Virus record (IMG/VR): IMGVR_UViG_2681813272_000008
Direction: 5' to 3' (one strand)
Source: a virus
Taxonomy: Duplodnaviria; Heunggongvirae; Uroviricota; Caudoviricetes
Length of the DNA stretch: 6,495 bases
The translations under genes and the position numbers were made by a program. The notes under the pieces are model-generated. The model searched no databases. It worked only from the letters and a program-made list of their open reading frames with translations, and was not told where the DNA came from. Shown here piece after piece: positions 1 through 6,495 of this stretch; within the stretch, counting starts at the first letter, position 1; the number at the start of each line of letters is the position of its first letter.

Positions 1-155
1 CAGTAATGGGTTAAGTGATAACAGGTGTCTGGAAATATAGGGGCAAATCCAGCGTTCATCAGCCCCCGCATTGCCGACAGGATCACAGACGGGGGGCGCA
101 ACTGGTTGTCGTTCAACTGGCCCAGCTACCGTTCTTGTATCAGAGGTGTGGCTGC

Positions 156-1547
156 ATGACAACACCAGTCTGGCGTAATGATGACCTGGAAGGCGCTGTC
201 ATTGGCGCATTCTTTCTGCGTGGGGCAGATCATGAAGTGATGGATATTCTGATCACACTACCGGCGGACATTTTTTCTGTACGAGCGTATCGGGATATCT
301 ACACAGGCATCTGCAGACAGGCCCGTGTTTCAGGAGTGATTGACCCCGTGCTGTTGTGTAATGAGATGCCGGAACTTGCCCCGGTGATTACTGATACCGG
401 GCGTAAAACCTGGGTGAAGTCTTCACTGGAGCACTATGTTGCAGCGTTGCGGCGCAATGCCGCACTGCGCGATGCAGAAAAAACACTGAATGAGGCGCTG
501 CAGAAATTACGTGATGCGCATACCTGTGAAGCAGCTGAAGATGCCCTGAAGGATGCGCAGAACATGATGGTCACACTGTCGACAGGAAAGGGCGTCATTC
601 AGCCGGTACATATTGATGATGTGCTTCCGGAAGTGGTTGAGCGTGTTGAATGCCGGAATCAGGGGCTGGAGAAATCCAGGACGTTGATGACCGGTATTGA
701 TGAACTGGACGCAAAAACAGGCGGTATGGAGCCCGGAGACCTGGTATTCATTGCCGCCCGTCCTTCGATGGGGAAAACCGAACTTGCGCTGGACATCATC
801 GACAAGGTGACTGAGCAGGGGCATGGTGTGCTTCTGTTCACCATGGAGATGGCGAACATCCAGATTGGTGAACGTATGGTGTCTGCGGCTGGAGGGATGC
901 CAGTATCACGCCTGAAATCTGTGGCTCACTTTGAAGATGAAGACTGGGCGCGTTTCTCACAAGGGGTGGGGCGGATGACCGGGCGCAATATCTGGATGGT
1001 GGACCAGGCGAACCTGACCATTGATGAGATATGCGCAACAACGAAACACCATCTGATTAAACATCCGGAAACGGCGCTGGTGGTGGTTGATTATCTCGGG
1101 CTGATAAAAACCCGAACCACGGGGCGTCATGACCTTGCCGTGGGTGAAATCTCAAAGGGGCTTAAAGGCCTGGCAAAATCCGGTGGTTTTCCGTTGATTG
1201 CGCTGAGCCAGCTCTCCCGCGGTGTGGAGTCCAGACCCAATAAACGTCCCATGAACTCAGACCTGAAAAATTCCGGAGAAATAGAGGCGGATGCAGACAT
1301 CATTCTGATGCTTTACAGGGATGAAGTGTACAACCCGGATACACAGGCTACAGGCATAGCAGAAATTAATATCACGAAACAACGTAACGGTTCTCTGGGG
1401 ACGATTTACCGGCGTTTTTATAACGGACATTTTCTGCCTGTGGACCAGGAAAGCGCACAGGTTCTTTCCACCCCAATGCGGCAGCCCCAGCCGCGCAGAT
1501 ACAGCAATACACGTACCGACAGCAGTAAGATGGAGCGTTTCTTTTGA
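156..1547 (+). CDS. DnaB-family replicative DNA helicase (phage-encoded), about 463 aa
   Basis: Translation has DnaB motifs: Walker A AARPSMGKT, H2-like VVVDYLGL, SQLSRGVE, and an N-terminal LEGAVIGAFFL resembling the DnaB N-domain. ATG at 156 has SD GAGGTG (143-148) 7 nt upstream. The listed ORF opens at GTG 15, but the first 47 codons are rich in rare Arg codons and look non-coding. Confidence 0.85.
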   Translation: MTTPVWRNDDLEGAVIGAFFLRGADHEVMDILITLPADIFSVRAYRDIYTGICRQARVSGVIDPVLLCNEMPELAPVITDTGRKTWVKSSLEHYVAALRRNAALRDAEKTLNEALQKLRDAHTCEAAEDALKDAQNMMVTLSTGKGVIQPVHIDDVLPEVVERVECRNQGLEKSRTLMTGIDELDAKTGGMEPGDLVFIAARPSMGKTELALDIIDKVTEQGHGVLLFTMEMANIQIGERMVSAAGGMPVSRLKSVAHFEDEDWARFSQGVGRMTGRNIWMVDQANLTIDEICATTKHHLIKHPETALVVVDYLGLIKTRTTGRHDLAVGEISKGLKGLAKSGGFPLIALSQLSRGVESRPNKRPMNSDLKNSGEIEADADIILMLYRDEVYNPDTQATGIAEINITKQRNGSLGTIYRRFYNGHFLPVDQESAQVLSTPMRQPQPRRYSNTRTDSSKMERFF

Positions 1548-1801
1548 ACAACCAGACAATGACTTTTACCTCTGAACAATTGCGTAAACACGCGCAGGAA
1601 ATGTTGCGACAGGCGGAACAACTGGAAAAAACAGGTGTAACAAAAGATGCCATTCGTCGGGATATGGTGCCAGCGCTCAGGGAACTGATGCAGGCGAAAC
1701 ATCGCGCACAAAAAGCGGTGGATGAGCTCGTTGATTGTGTGGCAGAGCTGGAAACCAAAGTTGGAAAGTTTGAAAAAATGGTGCAGGAGGTGCTGCGCTG
1801 A
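1544..1801 (+). CDS. Small hypothetical phage protein (85 aa from TTG 1544; 80 aa if ATG 1559)
   Basis: ORF sits between helicase and rusA. TTG start overlaps the helicase stop (TGA 1545-1547) with GGAG 8 nt upstream; its stop overlaps the rusA ATG. Charged, predicted helical sequence; no family recognised. Start codon uncertain. Confidence 0.45.
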   Translation: MNNQTMTFTSEQLRKHAQEMLRQAEQLEKTGVTKDAIRRDMVPALRELMQAKHRAQKAVDELVDCVAELETKVGKFEKMVQEVLR

Positions 1802-2172
1802 TGCGCCATGAGTTTATTTTACCTTATCCGCCGACGGTGAATACTTACTGGCGACGTCGTGGCAGCACATATTTTGTATCAAAAGTTGGTGAGCGTTATC
1901 GCCGTGATGTGACGCTAATTGTTCGCCAGCAGCGGCTGAAATTAAACCTGTCCGGAAGGCTGGCGATAAAGATTATTGCAGAGCCACCGGATAAGCGCCG
2001 TCGTGACCTGGACAATATCCTGAAAGCACCACTGGATGCGCTGACGCATGCCGGACTACTCATAGACGACGAGCAGTTTGATGAAATCAATATTGTGCGC
2101 GGTCAGCTCGTTCCTGGTGGGCGACTGGGCGTGAAGATTTATGAAATCACAGGTGATAACGATGGCGCGTGA
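1801..2172 (+). CDS. rusA: RusA-family Holliday junction resolvase (123 aa)
   Basis: Translation matches RusA hallmarks: [15 protein letters not shown] near the N-terminus, [30 protein letters not shown] acidic catalytic core, PGGRLGVKI near the C-terminus. SD AGGAGG at 1785-1790. Sits directly upstream of Q as in lambdoid nin regions. Confidence 0.9.
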   Translation: MRHEFILPYPPTVNTYWRRRGSTYFVSKVGERYRRDVTLIVRQQRLKLNLSGRLAIKIIAEPPDKRRRDLDNILKAPLDALTHAGLLIDDEQFDEINIVRGQLVPGGRLGVKIYEITGDNDGA

Positions 2173-2548
2173 TATTCAGCAGGTTATGGAACGGTGGGGG
2201 GCTTGGGCTGCAAACACTCATGAAGATGTATCCTGGGCGTCGATCGCTGCTGGTTTTAAAGGGTTAATTCCGTCGAAAGTGAAATCACGCCCTCAGTGTT
2301 CTGATGATGATGCAATGATAATTTGTGGCTGTATGGCCCGGTTGAACAAGAAAAATCAGGATTTGCACGATTTGCTGGTGGATTATTACGTAGGTGGAAT
2401 GACTTTTATGAGTCTGGCACGGAAACATGGGTGTTCGGATACCTGTATTGGCAAGCGCCTGCAGAAAGCGGAAGGGGTTATTGATGGCATGTTGATGATG
2501 CTTGATATCCGGCTGGAGATGGACAGATACGTAGAACGAATTATGTAG
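2162..2548 (+). CDS. quuD: Late-gene antiterminator Q, small QuuD-like family (about 128 aa)
   Basis: Translation [23 protein letters not shown]...[14 protein letters not shown]...[15 protein letters not shown]...[10 protein letters not shown] resembles my recollection of DLP12 QuuD. Position after rusA and before a strong promoter plus terminator fits Q. ATG 2162 preferred over listed 2141: SD AGGTGA at 2151-2156 and homologue-like N-terminus. Overlaps rusA by 11 nt. Confidence 0.75.
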   Translation: MARDIQQVMERWGAWAANTHEDVSWASIAAGFKGLIPSKVKSRPQCSDDDAMIICGCMARLNKKNQDLHDLLVDYYVGGMTFMSLARKHGCSDTCIGKRLQKAEGVIDGMLMMLDIRLEMDRYVERIM

Positions 2549-2552
2549 GTGC

Positions 2553-2582
2553 TTGACCAGACACATTGTCCGGGGCTATATT
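2553..2582 (+). promoter_or_regulatory. Candidate late promoter PR' (sigma70-like: -35 TTGACC, 18-nt spacer, -10 TATATT)
   Basis: TTGACC at 2553-2558 and TATATT at 2577-2582, beginning 5 nt after the Q stop codon. Followed about 60 nt later by an intrinsic terminator, the standard PR'/tR' layout. Not experimentally supported. Confidence 0.55.
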
Positions 2583-2643
2583 CCTCACGCGCCAGCAAAA
2601 TCTGGCGTCGGGATTGGAACCCCGGATAGAGACCGCGACAGAC

Positions 2644-2666
2644 ACACGCCGCGAGCGTGTTTTTTA
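2644..2666 (+). terminator. tR'-like intrinsic terminator
   Basis: 6-bp stem ACACGC (2644-2649) / GCGTGT (2655-2660), 5-nt loop, followed by a T-run to 2665. Would give a short PR' transcript of about 75-80 nt. Confidence 0.6.
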
Positions 2667-2793
2667 TTGTCGTATGCACGCGCACATCTGAATTATGGTG
2701 GGGCGCATGGGGGAGCTGAAAAGCTCGCCGGTCGGTTTCCCGGTAGTTCCAACCCTGTGCGTCTCACCACCCGATGATTGGAACCTGACGGTG

Positions 2794-2822
2794 TTGACAG
2801 TTTCAGGTTTGCAGTTTACATT
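2794..2822 (+). promoter_or_regulatory. Candidate sigma70 promoter (consensus -35 TTGACA, 17-nt spacer, -10 TACATT)
   Basis: TTGACA at 2794-2799 and TACATT at 2817-2822, inside a roughly 360-bp non-coding stretch upstream of the ORF6N-domain gene. A weak hairpin plus T-run at 2858-2885 lies downstream, so the link to the gene is uncertain. Confidence 0.35.
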
Positions 2823-3028
2823 TCCCCGCGGTGCTCAAAACACCTCGAAAGCGGTATCCACACCCGATAGCCATGTGGTTTTTTTGTGTCCAGAATTCTT
2901 GGTTTATGACCGGGTGTGCGGCTAATACAATACCAGCAATGGAAATACGCCCGCCGACTTTCGACGGTTTTGAGCGCCCGGTCACCCTCTCAAAAGGGGT
3001 AAATCAAAATATTCGAAAGGACATGTCT

Positions 3029-3592
3029 ATGAATCGCACGTCTATTGAAAAACTCCCGTCACTTACGCATAACCATCTTCCTGTCATGACAACAGAGCTG
3101 CTGGCTGATTTGTACGGAACAGAGCGCCAGCGTTTGACAAACAATTTCAATCGAAACAAAGAACGGTTTATAGAAGGTAAACATTTTTTCCTGATAGAAG
3201 GTGATGCGTTACGAGAGTTGAAGAACGAAAACTCTTTAAGAGTTTCTGTGAAAATTGCCCGTAACGTTCGCTCCCTCATCCTCTGGACAGAACGTGGCGC
3301 AGCCCGTCACGCCAAAATGCTCGAAACCGATCAGGCGTGGGAAGTGTTCGAAAAACTGGAAGACTGTTATTTCAACCAGAAACAGCCACCAGCGGCACAA
3401 AACACATCTATCGAAAATGATGGATGCGCATTACTGAGCCACTTCGATAAACACGGTCAGGTTGAGTTCACGGAAAAGGTACCCGCCGATGCGATGGTAT
3501 GTACTCTGGAACGGTTTAAATTTTATCTGGAGCAACACGGGTGGATCGTTGCCCGTAAAGAGCAACTGGTGGAGCGGTTGATGCGGTTTTAA
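3029..3592 (+). CDS. ORF6N-domain (KilA-N/Bro-N-related, antirepressor-like) protein, 187 aa; phage moron
   Basis: Translation TELLADLYGTERQRLTNNFNRNKERFIEGKHFFLIEGDALRELK fits the ORF6N signature as I recall it (LAeLYG...RN..RF.edf.f.L). ATG 3029 chosen because SD AAGGA (3017-3021) is 7 nt upstream; the listed 2831 start adds an implausible leader. Followed by a strong terminator. Confidence 0.6.
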   Translation: MNRTSIEKLPSLTHNHLPVMTTELLADLYGTERQRLTNNFNRNKERFIEGKHFFLIEGDALRELKNENSLRVSVKIARNVRSLILWTERGAARHAKMLETDQAWEVFEKLEDCYFNQKQPPAAQNTSIENDGCALLSHFDKHGQVEFTEKVPADAMVCTLERFKFYLEQHGWIVARKEQLVERLMRF

Positions 3593-3667
3593 AAATTTTT
3601 TCCGAAAACTTTACGATCGTAAAAAGTTGAATATCCTGTTAAGAGTGGTTACTACGCCACACAGCTT

Positions 3668-3693
3668 AAACCCGCCGATGAGCGGGTTTTTTT
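3668..3693 (+). terminator. Intrinsic terminator downstream of the ORF6N gene
   Basis: Stem CCCGC (3671-3675) / GCGGG (3682-3686), loop CGATGA, then 7 T (3687-3693); stem extendable by A-T pairs. Confidence 0.75.
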
Positions 3694-3743
3694 ATACCTG
3701 AAAAACGGCACAGGACGTTAAACGTGCTGGTGGTCAGATGAGT

Positions 3744-3772
3744 TTGCAGATGTGATGACATATGGTTATTAT
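3744..3772 (+). promoter_or_regulatory. Candidate promoter for the tRNA array (-35 TTGCAG, 17-nt spacer, -10 TATTAT)
   Basis: TTGCAG at 3744-3749 and TATTAT at 3767-3772, ending about 9 nt before the first tRNA. Weak -35; speculative. Confidence 0.3.
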
Positions 3773-3781
3773 TCTGCCTCC

Positions 3782-3858
3782 GGCCCTTTAGCTCAGTTGG
3801 TCAGAGCGAGCGACTCATAATCGCCAGGTCGCTGGTTCAAGTCCAGCAAGGGCCACCA
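3782..3858 (+). tRNA. tRNA-Ile2 (anticodon CAU, lysidine type; tRNA-Met not excluded), CCA encoded
   Basis: Cloverleaf by hand: acceptor GGCCCTT/AAGGGCC, D-arm GCTC...GAGC, anticodon loop CTCATAA, T-arm GCTGG TTCAAGT CCAGC. Closely resembles E. coli ileX/ileY as I recall them. Confidence 0.85.
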
Positions 3859-3859
3859 A

Positions 3860-3936
3860 CCACCACTAGCTCATCCGGATAGAGCATCAACCTTCTAAGT
3901 TGACGGTGCGAGGTTCGAGTCCTCGGTGGTGGGCCA
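3860..3936 (+). tRNA. tRNA-Arg (anticodon UCU, reads AGA/AGG), CCA encoded
   Basis: Acceptor CCACCAC/GTGGTGG, D-arm GCTC ATCCGGATA GAGC, anticodon stem TCAAC/GTTGA with loop CTTCTAA, T-arm CGAGG TTCGAGT CCTCG. Starts 1 nt after the CCA of the preceding tRNA. Confidence 0.85.
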
Positions 3937-3938
3937 GC

Positions 3939-4014
<76 letters not shown>

Positions 4015-4017
4015 TAT

Positions 4018-4092
<75 letters not shown>

Positions 4093-4228
4093 GCGAGATT
4101 TGAGACGAAGGTTGTTATTTGCACTGACACAATATTGTGTGGGAATGTCTGACTCCTTACCATCTCCTGTTCTGTGATGTTGTTTTGTTGCAGTTCCAGT
4201 GCTCTTTTTTCAGCACCAGAATGGTGCA

Positions 4229-5718
<1,490 letters not shown>

Positions 5719-5754
5719 TGGAGCACCTGTGTTGTTCTGAGGTGAGCATATCAC

Positions 5755-5790
5755 CTCTGTTCAGGTGGCCAAATTCAGTGTGCCACTTCA
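5755..5790 (-). repeat. IS911 left terminal inverted repeat (IRL)
   Basis: Reverse complement of 5755-5790 is TGAAGTGGCACACTGAATTTGGCCACCTGAACAGAG, ending in the IS3-family TG...CA terminus. Directly abuts the first base of repeat copy B. Confidence 0.8.
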
Positions 5791-6264
5791 TTGTCGGTCA
5801 GGTTACGTAGTGAACCTCTGGCAGGGGACTGATAATGCATCATTCTGGTGTTGTAAATATCTCTTCGGACAACTTACAAAATATTCTAAGCAAACCCCGG
5901 GAACACACTCTTAACTGCCTTGGCTGGCGGTTTTTTGTACAGCGCTCGGTATGTGTGAGCTGGAAATCAGATTTTGCATGGACTGGAATCATGCTGTTAT
6001 TTAGGGGCGAAGAACTGGCTTTTTCTTCCGCCTTCTCACCAGTAACGATTAGAAAAATAATGAAATGCCCCCCTCCGGGGAGGAGGACCGTAGAAAAAAG
6101 GACCCGCCAGCAAAAACATTGGGGATGAACAGCTTTCGCTACTCAGATTGCTGGCGGGTAAAGTTCCTCATGAATTAAGAATGCTACGCGATCTTTTTTA
6201 ATGGAAATGAAAATTATTGTCAATTAGTCGTGCGTGTTTTTTCATACAATATTGGTAAAGGTGA
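5791..6264 (+). repeat. 474-bp direct repeat, copy B (partner 4229-4702), between IS911 IRL and the holin-proximal terminator
   Basis: Same comparison as copy A. Carries the imperfect palindrome TGATAATGCATCA (5830-5842) and the opposite orientation of the 34-bp segment. Confidence 0.9.
6102..6159. repeat. Same 12-bp inverted repeats with the 34-bp inner segment in orientation B
   Basis: Left arm 6102-6113, inner segment 6114-6147 (AAACATTGGGGATGAACAGCTTTCGCTACTCAGA), right arm 6148-6159. Confidence 0.9.
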
Positions 6265-6268
6265 TTCA

Positions 6269-6299
6269 GGCCATCAGAGTTTTGCTGATGGCCTTTTTT
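6269..6299 (+). terminator. Strong intrinsic terminator just upstream of the holin gene
   Basis: Perfect 9-bp stem GGCCATCAG (6269-6277) / CTGATGGCC (6285-6293), 7-nt loop, then 6 T (6294-6299). No T-run on the other strand, so + strand only. Confidence 0.8.
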
Positions 6300-6334
6300 C
6301 TTTCCGATAGCACAGGTCTGTCGGGGGGCGGGAT

Positions 6335-6495
6335 ATGTATCAGATGGAAAAAATATCAACAGGCATTGCCTACGGCACCTCCGCCGGCAGTGCCGGCTAC
6401 TGGTTTTTGCAGTGGTTGGATCAGGTCAGTCCATCACAGTGGGCTGCGATTGGTGTGCTGGGAAGTCTGCTTCTGGGGCTTCTGACTTATCTGAC
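6335..6495 (+). CDS. Class II holin/pinholin of the S21/EssD family, 5' part only (runs off the window end); dual start
   Basis: Translated by hand, not in the ORF track because no stop lies in the window: [53 protein letters not shown]. Matches S21/EssD as recalled. Two in-frame ATGs at 6335 and 6344, G-rich SD upstream. The listed ORF 6234-6485 is in another frame. Confidence 0.85.
   Translation, partial: MYQMEKISTGIAYGTSAGSAGYWFLQWLDQVSPSQWAAIGVLGSLLLGLLTYL

Noticed and set aside
15-155. In-frame N-terminal extension of the helicase ORF from GTG 15
   Set aside because: The first 47 codons are rich in rare codons (AGG, AGA, CGA, CGG, ATA), have no ribosome-binding site, and precede the conserved DnaB N-domain. 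ATG 156 with SD GAGGTG gives a length typical of phage DnaB-like helicases. All three frames have stops within the first 40 nt.
507-1809. Several - strand ORFs (507-824, 659-859, 838-1041, 1257-1559, 1372-1809, 1418-1711) inside the helicase gene
   Set aside because: Antisense to a well-supported gene, low-complexity Ser/Cys/Arg-rich translations, no start context. Typical shadow ORFs.
2141-2161. Listed Q start at ATG 2141
   Set aside because: ATG 2162 has the better SD (AGGTGA) and gives an N-terminus (MARDIQ...) like small Q homologues. Either start would still overlap rusA.
2695-2985. ORFs 2695-2925 (+), 2803-2985 (-) and the 2831-3028 extension of the ORF6N gene
   Set aside because: No ribosome-binding sites, rare-codon-rich, peptides of implausible composition. 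The ORF6N gene has a clear SD-ATG at 3029.
6234-6485. Listed ORF 6234-6485 (+), 83 aa
   Set aside because: It starts inside the repeat and spans the terminator in a different frame from the holin. The real gene is the holin frame starting at 6335, which runs off the window end.

Overview
Late-control and lysis-proximal part of a lambdoid prophage (E. coli/Shigella type), all phage genes on the + strand. Order: DnaB-family helicase, a small ORF, RusA resolvase, a small Q antiterminator, then a candidate late promoter and short-transcript terminator directly after Q. Downstream is the cargo ('moron') position where Stx phages carry toxin genes: here it holds an ORF6N-domain gene with its own terminator, four tightly packed tRNA genes (Ile2-CAU, Arg-UCU, Thr-UGU, Gly-UCC), and a truncated IS911 on the - strand flanked by two direct copies of a 474-bp non-coding module. 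The window ends with a strong terminator and the dual-start 5' end of an S21/EssD-type holin. The most unusual signal is that the two 474-bp copies differ only by a 34-bp inversion between 12-bp inverted repeats and by two substitutions that make a 13-bp palindrome perfect. I see no toxin gene, CRISPR array or multi-gene defence operon. All family assignments are from reading the translations and recalled sequences; no database search was run.
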